Below the pieces are notes generated by a model. It saw only the letters and a program-made list of their open reading frames with translations, ran no database searches and was not told the DNA's origin. Made by a program: the position numbers and the translations under genes. From NCBI GenBank assembly GCA_036677065.1, contig JAKFBS010000004.1, positions 128,001 to 192,000 on the forward strand: a stretch of 64,000 bases of DNA, written 5' to 3'. Positions 10,417 through 20,379 of this stretch are shown here, in pieces; within the stretch, counting starts at the first letter, position 1; each line of letters starts with the position of its first letter. The stretch is from Bdellovibrio sp. Its GTDB lineage: Bacteria; Bdellovibrionota; Bdellovibrionia; Bdellovibrionales; Bdellovibrionaceae.

Positions 10417-11424
10417 ATGTCTAAAGTAAAAGTTGGTATTAATGGTTTTGGTCGTATCGGTCGCGTATTTTTCAGAGCGGCTTTTGATAAAGTTGATATT
10501 GCAGGTATTAATTCATTAGATGACCTTGAAGGAATTGTTCACTTATTAAAATATGATTCATCTCATGGTATTTTTGACGCTGAAGTGTCTCATGATAATG
10601 AGTGTTTAATCGTTAACGGTAAAAAAATTCCAGTTTCTAAAACTAAAGATCCAGCGCAAATTCCTTGGAAAGCTTGGGGCGTAGATTTAGTGATGGAGTG
10701 TACTGGTGCTCTTAAAGGTAAAGAAGATTACCAAAAGCACATCACAGCCGGAGCTAAAAAAGTAATGATTTCTGCTCCTGCAGATGGCGTTGATATGACG
10801 GTAGTTTACGGTATCAATCACAAAGATTACGATGCAGCAAAACACACATTCATTTCAAATGCATCTTGCACGACAAACTGCTTAGCGCCGTTAGCAAAAG
10901 TATTAGATGAAGCATTCGGTATTGAATCAGGCACCATGATGACAATTCACTCTTACACGAATGATCAACGCATTTTAGATTCATCGCACAGTGATTTACG
11001 TCGTGCTCGTTCGGCAGCGGTATCAATGATTCCGACAACTACAGGTGCTGCAAAAGCTGTAGGTTTAGTTTTACCAAACTTAAAAGGTAAAATCGATGGT
11101 ATGTCTATGCGTGTACCAACTCCGAATGTTTCGGTTGTTGATTTCACTTTCAATGCAAAAACTGCAATGACAGTTGATGCCATCAACGACGCTTTAAGAA
11201 AAGCAGCAGCTGGTGATATGAAAGGTGTTTTAGCAGTTGAAGAAAAACCTTTAGTGAGTATTGATTTCAACGGTAACACTCACTCTTCAATCGTAGATGC
11301 AAAAACAACTATGGTTATCGCAGGCAGTGGCAACAAATTAGCTAAAGTTCTTTCTTGGTACGACAACGAAGTAGGCTTTTCAAACCGCATGGTTGATATG
11401 GCTATTTACATGATGTCGAAATAA
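10417..11424 (+). CDS. gap: Glyceraldehyde-3-phosphate dehydrogenase, type I
   Basis: GINGFGRIGR, ASCTTNCLAP and WYDNE; SD AGGAG. Confidence 0.97.
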   Translation: MSKVKVGINGFGRIGRVFFRAAFDKVDIAGINSLDDLEGIVHLLKYDSSHGIFDAEVSHDNECLIVNGKKIPVSKTKDPAQIPWKAWGVDLVMECTGALKGKEDYQKHITAGAKKVMISAPADGVDMTVVYGINHKDYDAAKHTFISNASCTTNCLAPLAKVLDEAFGIESGTMMTIHSYTNDQRILDSSHSDLRRARSAAVSMIPTTTGAAKAVGLVLPNLKGKIDGMSMRVPTPNVSVVDFTFNAKTAMTVDAINDALRKAAAGDMKGVLAVEEKPLVSIDFNGNTHSSIVDAKTTMVIAGSGNKLAKVLSWYDNEVGFSNRMVDMAIYMMSK

Positions 11425-11450
11425 TCGCTTAAGAAAAAGGAATGTGATAG

Positions 11451-12674
11451 ATGGCTTCTCAAGGTTTAAAAGGGATTAAAACAATCCGTGATTTCGAATT
11501 AGCAGGTCAGACGGTATTTCTACGTCTGGATCTAAATGTACCAATGGATAAAACAGGCAAAATCACAGACGAAAATCGCCTGCGTGCGGCTTTGCCAACA
11601 ATTAACTACGCTCTGGAAAAAGGCGCAAAATTAGTTATTGCTTCGCACTTAGGTCGTCCAAAATCAAAAGACGACAGACAGTATTCAATGGAGCCGGTCG
11701 CTAAGCGCTTAGGTGAATTATTGGATGTTGAAGTTGTTTTAATGGATGAGCCAGATTCAGAAGGCGTAAAACATTTTTTATCTGCGCCAATGAAAAAACA
11801 AATTATCTGTTTAGAAAATCTTCGCTTTGATGAGCGTGAGACTGAAAATAAAAATGAATTAGCCGTTCAATGGGCGTCATACACTGACATCTATATTAAC
11901 GATGCCTTCGGTGCTTCACACCGTGCGCACGCTTCAATTCATGCTTTTCCAGAAATCATGCAGAAAAAAGGCATTGGTCTTTTGATCGAAAAAGAAATCA
12001 AAATGTTAGATGGTTTATTTGAAAATCCCAAAAAACCTTACATCGCGGTTCTTGGCGGTGCGAAAGTTTCTGATAAAATTCCGGTGATTGAAAAATTAAT
12101 GAATATCGTTGATGGTTTTGTGATCGGCGGAGCTATGGCATACACGTTTTTAAAGGCTCAAGGTATTCCAGTCGGTAAATCACTAGTTGAAGCCGATAAA
12201 GTAAAATACGCTAAAGAGATGATCCAGCGTATGGAAGCTCGCGGTAAAACAATGTTATTACCAGTCGATCACGTAACGACGACTAGTTTTGGTGACACAA
12301 ATAATATTAAAGTTACAACGACAGCTGAAATCGAAGATGACCGCATGGCTTTAGATATCGGCCCACAAACAATCAGAAATTACCGCGCTTGTTTAGAAAA
12401 AGCTCAAACTGTTTTCTGGAATGGCCCGATGGGCGTTTTTGAAACCCCGGCTTTTGCTAAAGGCAGTTTTGCCGTTGCAGAAGTATTAGCTGCTAACCCA
12501 GGCCTAATTATTGTAGGTGGCGGAGATTCAGCCGCGGCAGCAGAAGCTTCAGGTTTTGCAGACAAAATGACTCACATCTCTACAGGTGGCGGGGCAAGTT
12601 TGGAATACCTTCAAGGTGAAAGACTTCCGGGCTTAGAAGTGTTGCGTCCGCGCAAACAATCTGAGGTAATGTAG
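11451..12674 (+). CDS. pgk: Phosphoglycerate kinase
   Basis: RLDLNVP, SHLGRP, LENLRF, WNGPMGVFE and STGGGASLE. Confidence 0.97.
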   Translation: MASQGLKGIKTIRDFELAGQTVFLRLDLNVPMDKTGKITDENRLRAALPTINYALEKGAKLVIASHLGRPKSKDDRQYSMEPVAKRLGELLDVEVVLMDEPDSEGVKHFLSAPMKKQIICLENLRFDERETENKNELAVQWASYTDIYINDAFGASHRAHASIHAFPEIMQKKGIGLLIEKEIKMLDGLFENPKKPYIAVLGGAKVSDKIPVIEKLMNIVDGFVIGGAMAYTFLKAQGIPVGKSLVEADKVKYAKEMIQRMEARGKTMLLPVDHVTTTSFGDTNNIKVTTTAEIEDDRMALDIGPQTIRNYRACLEKAQTVFWNGPMGVFETPAFAKGSFAVAEVLAANPGLIIVGGGDSAAAAEASGFADKMTHISTGGGASLEYLQGERLPGLEVLRPRKQSEVM

Positions 12675-12678
12675 TTAT

Positions 12679-13419
12679 ATGAAAAAGATTTTTGCGGCTA
12701 ACTGGAAATTACAAAAAACACCTGCGCAAGCTAAAGAGTTCTGTGAAACTTTTCGCGCGCAACTTTTAGCCCATACTTATTTTTGGGATCACAAAGAGGT
12801 TTTCATTTTTCCGCAAAATTTTTCTTTAGATACAGTTATTCATGCGACTAAAGACACTCCGGTGTTTGCAGGTCCACAAAATATTCATACTGAAAAAGCT
12901 GGTGCCTTCACCGGTGAAAATTCAGCAGCGTTTGCCAAAGACATGGGAGCAAAAACTATTTTACTGGGGCACAGCGAGCGTCGCCAGTATTTTGGTGAAA
13001 CTCATGAAGCTTTAAATAAAAAAGTAAAACTTTGCCAAGAGTTAGATTTACTTCCGGTATTTTGTATCGGCGAAACTTTAGCGCAGCGTGAAGCTGGCGA
13101 AACAGAAAAAGTTTGTTTCGAACAAATCACCAAAGCATTGGCTGGTATTGATCAATCAAAACGCATCATCGTAGCTTACGAACCAGTCTGGGCAATCGGC
13201 ACAGGTAAGGTGGCTACTGTGGAGCAAGTTAAAGAAATTCACGAAAAGCTATATCATAAAATGGCTGATCTTAATTTTACAAATTTTCAGTTATTATACG
13301 GCGGCAGTGTAAAGCCCGATAATGCCCAAGAGCTTTTACAAGTTCCGCATGTCGATGGGTTTTTAATTGGTGGTGCAGCCCTTGAAGTCGATAGCTTCAT
13401 GAAGATTTGTTCGCACTAA
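12679..13419 (+). CDS. tpiA: Triosephosphate isomerase
   Basis: ANWK, GHSERR, AYEPVWAIGTG and YGGSV. Confidence 0.97.
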   Translation: MKKIFAANWKLQKTPAQAKEFCETFRAQLLAHTYFWDHKEVFIFPQNFSLDTVIHATKDTPVFAGPQNIHTEKAGAFTGENSAAFAKDMGAKTILLGHSERRQYFGETHEALNKKVKLCQELDLLPVFCIGETLAQREAGETEKVCFEQITKALAGIDQSKRIIVAYEPVWAIGTGKVATVEQVKEIHEKLYHKMADLNFTNFQLLYGGSVKPDNAQELLQVPHVDGFLIGGAALEVDSFMKICSH

Positions 13420-13428
13420 TTTTTATTC

Positions 13429-15900
13429 TTAAGGTGTATAAGCCGGCTTTGGATTTTGTATTAAATAAATAAAAGTCGGTAAGTGATTATTAGCATTTAA
13501 GCCGTAATTCAAATTCCAACTTGCAAATTCATCAATGCTTCCTGAAAAAGTTTGCGTCACGCCAAGACTGCGCCCTAAATAGAACGAGCCAGGTTGAGTA
13601 TTCCACGAATTGCTGGCACATGCGGTATTCACACCATTAACTGTGACGTTCACATTCGGTGATGTAAAACGAATCGAGACATGATTCCATTCTCCGAAAG
13701 TAACGGCGCCTGCAGCAGAACTGCAGCCGGTTGTTCCGCCGCCGAGAGCACGCAGTGTACCGTTGGCAAGAAGAGACGCTCCGGCGCCTTGATTGTTTCC
13801 GTTGGCGCCGTAGAAGAAAATACCTTGATCGACTCCGATATTATTAGGCTTAATCCAAAAAGAAAATGATCTCGTATTTGTTCCGGTTCTTAACCCTGTG
13901 TTGGCCGAAGTAAAATAATCATCAACACCGTCAAAATCAAAGGCTTGTGAAATTAGACCTGGAACATAACTTAATCCGGTGCCATTAGCATTTGATGCAG
14001 TTAAGTTCACCCCACCAATCTGAGTGGCAACTGTTGCTCCACTGGCAATAGACCCAGCACCATCGCCGTTATTGTAGCGGATGATACCGTCATTGACGAA
14101 ATCACGGTCTCCAGGATTTGAGTCTCCGGTTCCGGCCACGGCAAGTGACATGCCTGTGCCGCTCGTTGGAAATAAATACTCTTGTTGCACATACGGACAC
14201 GCGGCATAAGAAGCACAAGCTGAGCTTGGGATTTTCCATTTTAAGTGAACTTCAGAACCGCCGCCATTTTCGAAAAATCCCATCGTGATATTGTATTTGG
14301 TGCCAGCCGTCATGGCGACGTTGCGGTTTGTAAGTGTTGGGCCGTGATCTGTCCAGAAATCTTCGACTAAAACGCCATTCACCCAAAGATAAATTCCATC
14401 ATCTGAATTTGTATGAAAAGTATAAGTTCCAGTTTCTGGAGCCAAGATTTGCCCTGTCCATAGAACTGAGTAAGCATCTGCACCACCGACGGGGTTGTTG
14501 CCAGCTCCCCATGCAAAAGCAATATTAGCATCGACACGTTGGCTATTAAAATTGTCATAACTCATGCCTGTGAAATAGCGGGCAAATAAGCCTGTTCCAA
14601 CTTCGACGGTCACCGGCGTTCCAGAAATTACGGTCACGGACGCACTGGCCGAAAAACTTGAATAGGTTGCTGATACAATGGTTGGTCCACCTAAAGAAAT
14701 ACCAGTCACTTCGCCTTTTGGAGAAAAATTATTCACATGAGCTTGCATCACATTTGGTGAATACCAACCACAGGCCGTCGTTAAATCTAAGGTTCCACCA
14801 TCGGCAGTACGTCCATAACATTTGATATCAACTGTACCACTGACATTAATACTTGCAGAAGCTGGAGTGACAAAAATACTAGTGATAGTTGAAGAGTTAA
14901 AGGTGGCGCTGACTGAATCTGAAAGAGCTAAGTAAGTTGCGGTAATATTAACACCGGGATATCCGGTGACATTTCCTAAATTGAGCAAGCCTTCGGTAAA
15001 ACTTGTTACAGTGTATGATCCCGATAGAGGAACAGTCCATGAAGCTGATTGTGAAATATCTAATGATGTTGCATCACTATAAGTTGCAATCGCCGTATAT
15101 TGAAATGTTGAATTTCTCGGAATAATTGCAGCGTCAGGCAAAATTGTCATCGACACTAGCGGAATAGCAGTCACGGTGAATGATGTTGAAGCTGTGATAT
15201 CGGGAAACCCTAAATCATGAACGGTTAAGACAATGTTACTTGTGCCGGTACTTCCTGCTACAGGAATAATATTTAAATAACAATACGGCGAAATACCTGT
15301 GTAGGTTATGTTTGCCGGTGGCACCACAGAATTATCAGATGAGGTCACAGCCAGGTTTGCACCACTGCATAACAAAGTACTTTCTAAATCTGAAATTTGA
15401 AATGGAATGTACGGATAGTTCGCTTCATAAATATTTCGACTGGCGATGGTTGTAATAGTTGGTGAAGTATTGGCCAGCGAAATAAAGCTGAGAGCGACCG
15501 TGGCACTTTGGGGAACGGCAGCCAAATAATTAAGTGTTAATTCGTCATTGTATGTTCCACCCATGATTGAACCTGCAGTGACGACAACAGCACAACTACC
15601 TCCGGCGGGAAGCGATGAAGAACAATCGCCGCCAGTTCCGGGAAATGCGCCACCTTTAAAAGTAAAATTTGTTGTGGTAAAGCTCACAGGATTTAGTTGT
15701 GAAGCCGTGTAGAGTCCTAAGTTTGTAACGGTAAAAGTGCGATCGAGTGTGACGCCGGCGTTAGCGGTAGGATACGCATAAGTGGGAGCGTCAGAAATAG
15801 TAACATTAAATGTTTTTAGTCCCCATATTCCCATGGGAATAAACATCTGTGCTTGCGTATGCACAGCTATAAAAAAAATGAACAATAATAGCACTCGCAT
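13429..15900 (-). CDS. Secreted adhesin-like protein with Ig-like repeats, PA14 and LamG-like domains
   Basis: Signal peptide; FPGTGGDC Ig module; Big_2-like repeats; PA14 motif YTFHTNSDDGIYLWV...FFENGG; LamG-like FDGVDDY...FWIKP...WNHV...FSGSIDE. Confidence 0.78.
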   Translation of the reverse strand: MRVLLLFIFFIAVHTQAQMFIPMGIWGLKTFNVTISDAPTYAYPTANAGVTLDRTFTVTNLGLYTASQLNPVSFTTTNFTFKGGAFPGTGGDCSSSLPAGGSCAVVVTAGSIMGGTYNDELTLNYLAAVPQSATVALSFISLANTSPTITTIASRNIYEANYPYIPFQISDLESTLLCSGANLAVTSSDNSVVPPANITYTGISPYCYLNIIPVAGSTGTSNIVLTVHDLGFPDITASTSFTVTAIPLVSMTILPDAAIIPRNSTFQYTAIATYSDATSLDISQSASWTVPLSGSYTVTSFTEGLLNLGNVTGYPGVNITATYLALSDSVSATFNSSTITSIFVTPASASINVSGTVDIKCYGRTADGGTLDLTTACGWYSPNVMQAHVNNFSPKGEVTGISLGGPTIVSATYSSFSASASVTVISGTPVTVEVGTGLFARYFTGMSYDNFNSQRVDANIAFAWGAGNNPVGGADAYSVLWTGQILAPETGTYTFHTNSDDGIYLWVNGVLVEDFWTDHGPTLTNRNVAMTAGTKYNITMGFFENGGGSEVHLKWKIPSSACASYAACPYVQQEYLFPTSGTGMSLAVAGTGDSNPGDRDFVNDGIIRYNNGDGAGSIASGATVATQIGGVNLTASNANGTGLSYVPGLISQAFDFDGVDDYFTSANTGLRTGTNTRSFSFWIKPNNIGVDQGIFFYGANGNNQGAGASLLANGTLRALGGGTTGCSSAAGAVTFGEWNHVSIRFTSPNVNVTVNGVNTACASNSWNTQPGSFYLGRSLGVTQTFSGSIDEFASWNLNYGLNANNHLPTFIYLIQNPKPAYTP

Positions 15901-16049
15901 TACCTATTAATTATAACCAAAAGGGTATTTAGATTCATGCTTTTACAGCCTTTTAACAAAAAACCCGACTAGATAAGTGAAACAAGACCTAAGTATAACT
16001 TTGTGTCTCAAAACTAAACTTTTTCTCATAATGTGACGTTAAGTAAACT

Positions 16050-17417
16050 GTGAACAAGTTTAATCTAATTTTTTTCAGCTTAATCTCAGTCTTCGTTTTG
16101 CAAAGCTCGCTTGCATGGGGAAAACAAAATGATGTCGCTGTATTCAACCAACAAATAAAATCAGAAGTACTTGTTGTAAATAAATTAACTGAAGCCTTAG
16201 AGAAAAATCTTGATTCGAAGCTGTTCGAAGTTAAGGTTCAAACTGAAATTTCTAAAGTGTCATTAGAAGTGCAAAAGGTTTATATCACTTTACAGTTATC
16301 TCAAAAGTTAACTCAAAATTATCGGGTGCAACTAACTAAGTGGATTCAAGCTTGGGTAGAGACTACATATGGTGTGCGTGGTGACGCTAGGGTTGAATGG
16401 ATGCCAATTGAAGCAACTCAGGCAGTTTCTGCAGTTTGGTTTGATTTGATTTTATTAGGTTCTTTGTTGGCCACAGCGATGGGTTTATTAATCCGCGCAG
16501 TCATAAAAGCAAGACCTCCGGTGCAACTAAGTTTTTCATTTATCGAAGGCAAACTTAATAACGAATTAGAAGCCGCAACAGCGCCGGCTGAAGAAGTTTT
16601 CACAATTCCAGTAGAACAATTGGCACTTATTGCACAACCTGAAATTTTAGTTATTGAACCAATAGTTTCAGTTGAGCCATTCATTGAAATTGAAGAAGAA
16701 ATGGCGATCGAAATCGTTTCGCCATTTGCCTTTATTGATCAAATTGATAACGAAAAACTTAAAGCTTTATTTTCATTTTTTGATTTATCTGAACAGGTCG
16801 CTTTTTTTATGAAAGCTCCGCGTTCAAGTGTGCAGCGTTTAACAAGTTCTTTAGATAAAAAACTTGTGATGCAAATTTTAACTGAGTCAGCATTTGTAAA
16901 AGATGCCAGTGATGAAGATTTAATTGCAGCTATGCAGTTATGGCAAGAAAGCCAACAAACCAAAGCCGAAGTTATCCAAGTCGTTGAGGCTAACGAAAAA
17001 TTCTTACGTTTTAAAGAAATCTGGTTAGAACTATCAGTTAAAGACAAAGTTCTATTGTTAGAAAAACTAAGTTCTGAAAATCCAGAACTAGCAGCTTTTT
17101 TCTTACAAGGCCAAGAACAGGTTAATTCACTTAAAAAATGGTCTTCAGAAAAATTAAGAAAATTTTGCTTACAGATGAGAACTCGAGATTTAGCTGCGGC
17201 GATTACAGAACTACCATTTTTAGCAGAGACTATTTTATCGGTTTGTCCTGAATCGATGAAAAAGGCCATTCTTTGCGAAGCCCAATCGATGGATGCGGTA
17301 AAAACCGAGAGCCATTTTGCTTCTTTCGTATTTTCGTTTGAACGCTATCTTTCAAAAGCGACCGCGCCAAAGCCAGAAGCTAATCTATTGCAGATTAGAA
17401 CCCAGCTTCTGCAATAA
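16050..17417 (+). CDS. Membrane-anchored protein with FliG middle/C-terminal-like region
   Basis: Signal peptide plus one TM; PFAFIDQIDNEKL and LKKWSSEKLRKFCLQMRTRDLAAAI...ILSVCP resemble FliG repeats. Family call is tentative. Confidence 0.5.
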   Translation: MNKFNLIFFSLISVFVLQSSLAWGKQNDVAVFNQQIKSEVLVVNKLTEALEKNLDSKLFEVKVQTEISKVSLEVQKVYITLQLSQKLTQNYRVQLTKWIQAWVETTYGVRGDARVEWMPIEATQAVSAVWFDLILLGSLLATAMGLLIRAVIKARPPVQLSFSFIEGKLNNELEAATAPAEEVFTIPVEQLALIAQPEILVIEPIVSVEPFIEIEEEMAIEIVSPFAFIDQIDNEKLKALFSFFDLSEQVAFFMKAPRSSVQRLTSSLDKKLVMQILTESAFVKDASDEDLIAAMQLWQESQQTKAEVIQVVEANEKFLRFKEIWLELSVKDKVLLLEKLSSENPELAAFFLQGQEQVNSLKKWSSEKLRKFCLQMRTRDLAAAITELPFLAETILSVCPESMKKAILCEAQSMDAVKTESHFASFVFSFERYLSKATAPKPEANLLQIRTQLLQ

Positions 17418-17634
17418 ACCCGGTTCCAAAACAGTTAAATCTATTTAAACAATAGCTCGTGTGTGCCGCGTCTTACAGTGAGGCACTGGCTTGCGATTTA
17501 CGCTTTCGCGTCAAGTCATTGGTCATGCTTAAAAGTCTCTGCCTCAATTAGATTATCTTAAAGCAGGAAAACGCAGGTCGAACGTTTGCAGAACATAGTC
17601 TAAAGTCTAGACTAATAAGTAAGCGAGGCCACCC

Positions 17635-17922
17635 ATGTCGAAAACAAATAATAGCAATGTTCAAGAGACAGAGCACATTCACTTTAGAAGATGCCATATC
17701 TGTGGCACTTTTAATGAGCGCGCAAACTCGTTAGTTGATCGCTGCAGTTGTTGCAGTAAAGCCTTGGCCCCGTTTGTCTTCTTTGATGAGCAGCATGCTC
17801 TGGGGGTATCCGATGGCCGTCCATCAGAAGAGCCTTCAAAAAAATCCAGCACAATGAAAATAACCCGTCTAGCCACGCAAAGTATTTATCCACCTATTTG
17901 GGGTCTTACAGTATATTGGTAG
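17635..17922 (+). CDS. Small zinc-ribbon protein
   Basis: CHICG...CSCC; SD GAGG; ends 1 bp before the next gene. Confidence 0.7.
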   Translation: MSKTNNSNVQETEHIHFRRCHICGTFNERANSLVDRCSCCSKALAPFVFFDEQHALGVSDGRPSEEPSKKSSTMKITRLATQSIYPPIWGLTVYW

Positions 17923-17923
17923 C

Positions 17924-19132
17924 ATGCGAGTTACCCTAGAAGACATCCAAAAAGCCCAAAGCACTATTGAATCATTAGTTAATTACACCCAATGTGATTA
18001 TTCAAAATCACTGACGGATATTCTTGGTTCAGAAATGTTTCTTAAATTAGAAAATACCCAAAAAACCGGAAGCTTCAAAATTCGTGGAGCTTCTAATAAA
18101 ATCACAAGTTTAACGGCTGATGAAAAAAAACGCGGTGTGATTGCCTGTTCTGCGGGTAACCACGCTCAAGGTGTAGCGTTAAGCTCAAAATTAAATAACG
18201 TAAGATCTATCATTGTCATGCCTGAGAATGCTTCTATTGCTAAAACTGAAGCTACAAGACGGTACGGTGCCGAAGTGATTTTGCATGGTTCAATGTTTGA
18301 TGAAGCTAAAGAGCATGCGCTTAAGTTAGCTAAAGAGCATGGTTATGTGTTCGTGCATCCTTACGAAGACGAAAAGGTGATCGCTGGCCAAGGAACAATT
18401 GGTTTAGAAATTCTGCAACAAATCCCCGACGTCGACACGATCGTTATTCCGATCGGTGGCGGCGGATTAATCGCTGGAATAGCATTGGCCATTAAAAGCC
18501 TAAATCCAAAAATTAAAATCATCGGTGTGCAAACAGAATCAGTCAGTACGATGGCGCAAATGTTTCACACGAAAAAATTTGTTCCCTTAACTAAGCCGGT
18601 GGCGACATTAGCTGATGGTATTGCGGTAAAAACACCAAGTGAAGTTATGTTTAAGTCATTCATCGAAAAAAATGTGGATGAAGTTGTAACGGTGACCGAA
18701 GACGAAATCGCAGAAGCAATTGTGTTTTTATTAGAGCGTGCTAAAACCGTGGCCGAAGGTTCAGGGGCTGTGACAGTAGCAGCAGCTCTTTCGCGTAAAT
18801 TAAATTTAGGTAAAAAAACCTGCTTAGTTGTGAGTGGTGGCAATATCGATTTAAATATTGTTTCAGATGTTATCAATCGCGGCCAAATTCAGCGCGGAAG
18901 ACTTTGTGAATTGTCTGTGATCGTGCCTGATGTGCCCGGAAGCCTTAGCCATTTAACGCAAATCATTGCTGAGCACAAAGCTAATGTCTTAGAAGTGCAT
19001 CACGATCGTATTCGTCATGGCTTAAACTTAAAAGAAACCCGCATTGAATTTGTTTTAGAAACGACTTCGCGCGAACATATCAAAAAAATCGTCGAGGCTT
19101 TAGAAAAAGCCGGAGCGAAAGTTTTAGTTTAA
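17924..19132 (+). CDS. ilvA: Threonine ammonia-lyase, medium form with one ACT domain
   Basis: KLENTQKTGSFKIRGA (PLP Lys), SAGNHAQGVA, GGGGL and SGGNID. Confidence 0.92.
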   Translation: MRVTLEDIQKAQSTIESLVNYTQCDYSKSLTDILGSEMFLKLENTQKTGSFKIRGASNKITSLTADEKKRGVIACSAGNHAQGVALSSKLNNVRSIIVMPENASIAKTEATRRYGAEVILHGSMFDEAKEHALKLAKEHGYVFVHPYEDEKVIAGQGTIGLEILQQIPDVDTIVIPIGGGGLIAGIALAIKSLNPKIKIIGVQTESVSTMAQMFHTKKFVPLTKPVATLADGIAVKTPSEVMFKSFIEKNVDEVVTVTEDEIAEAIVFLLERAKTVAEGSGAVTVAAALSRKLNLGKKTCLVVSGGNIDLNIVSDVINRGQIQRGRLCELSVIVPDVPGSLSHLTQIIAEHKANVLEVHHDRIRHGLNLKETRIEFVLETTSREHIKKIVEALEKAGAKVLV

Positions 19133-20379
19133 AGCTTCCAATGAATTGATAACTGGTCGTTTTCTTTTAATTGATGACGGCCAGATTTAATTGATTTCTG
19201 ATTGATCTTAATAAAACGTTTATTGTGATCAAATTCTGAATATAAATAAAAAGTATCTAAAGTAAGCCCAGCACCTTTCACGATGTATTCACCATGGTAG
19301 TTGTTTTCTTTCATCGACATTGTCGTGGGCTTAAAAAACTGAGTTAAATCTTCTAAAGCAAAGCTTTCATCTAATAGAAAGCCTGCACGTACATTCGAAT
19401 CGGCGATAAAGTTTAGTTGGGCTTCAGATTTTAAAGCAAATTTTTCGCCTTTTTTATTGCTGCTAAGTTGTACTAATAAATGTTTTAACATCTGGCGAAT
19501 AACACCTTGTAATTCAAAGTTGTGTTCGCCGGTCGCGTGGGCTTTTGAAACCACAGATTTTGGCGGCATCATCAGCTTAATTTGATTTAAAATCGGCTGA
19601 GATAAAAATTGATGTAATTTGTAATGGTAAACAAATTCTTGGATCATCGCACTCTCGATCACATGCGATGCTGCACACATTTTTTCAGCAAACTGAGTGT
19701 TTGAAAAATCAATCGTGAGTGTGCGTGAATTTTGTTTTTCTTCGATACCTAAACCCATTTTGATCAGTTTATCATGGTATTTAAGACTAAGATCAGCCTG
19801 GCCCTGGGCACGTAAATCAAATTGGCGTTCGAACTCGTCTTTACAAGTTTTAAACCAAATCTGCTGAAAATCAGGTTCACTTAAAAAATCCAGATAAGGT
19901 GTTGCGCGAAAGCAACTTGTGTAATGTTCGATTTGTTCGTCAAAAAACTGCGCCATCACTGCTTTTTGCGGATGCGGATCGATCATCGCTGACCACAACA
20001 TTGAATTTTTCTTATGGGCTTCAACTAACGGAGACAAAGGAATTTTAAATTGGATTTGGCTGATATCATCACTCCAAATCAAAAATAAGTTTTCAGTTAA
20101 AGCTGAAATAAAAAATACTTTAGAATAGCTGTAGCCACCATTTTCAGGATCATTAGTGATAAAAATATCACCAGGATTAAGCTTTAAATACTTTTTAACG
20201 ATTTGATAACTGACAAGACGGCTAGTGGTTGTCGAACATAATTCAGAATCACGCGAAAACATCAATTCGCCGTTAAGATTTACCAGAGATGCATTTTTGA
20301 AATGATTCAAAAAACTTTGAAAATAGTGATAATCCAAGTGGCCGTATGAAGCTAGTTGTAAACTTTTATTATCAAACAT
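19129..20379 (-). CDS. Divergent hydantoinase B/oxoprolinase-like protein
   Basis: LNPGDIFITNDPENGG matches L.PGD..I.NDPY.GG, and TIDFSNT matches VDF.GT. The rest is degenerate and short. Confidence 0.6.
   Translation of the reverse strand: MFDNKSLQLASYGHLDYHYFQSFLNHFKNASLVNLNGELMFSRDSELCSTTTSRLVSYQIVKKYLKLNPGDIFITNDPENGGYSYSKVFFISALTENLFLIWSDDISQIQFKIPLSPLVEAHKKNSMLWSAMIDPHPQKAVMAQFFDEQIEHYTSCFRATPYLDFLSEPDFQQIWFKTCKDEFERQFDLRAQGQADLSLKYHDKLIKMGLGIEEKQNSRTLTIDFSNTQFAEKMCAASHVIESAMIQEFVYHYKLHQFLSQPILNQIKLMMPPKSVVSKAHATGEHNFELQGVIRQMLKHLLVQLSSNKKGEKFALKSEAQLNFIADSNVRAGFLLDESFALEDLTQFFKPTTMSMKENNYHGEYIVKGAGLTLDTFYLYSEFDHNKRFIKINQKSIKSGRHQLKENDQLSIHWKL

Noticed and set aside
16739..17269. 176-aa antisense ORF, and the many other short opposite-strand ORFs in the track
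   Set aside because: They are shadows of longer, better-supported genes and have no RBS or motifs.
17481..17495. Possible sigma54 -24/-12 site AGGCAC-N4-TTGC
   Set aside because: Spacing is one base short of the strict GG-N10-GC rule.
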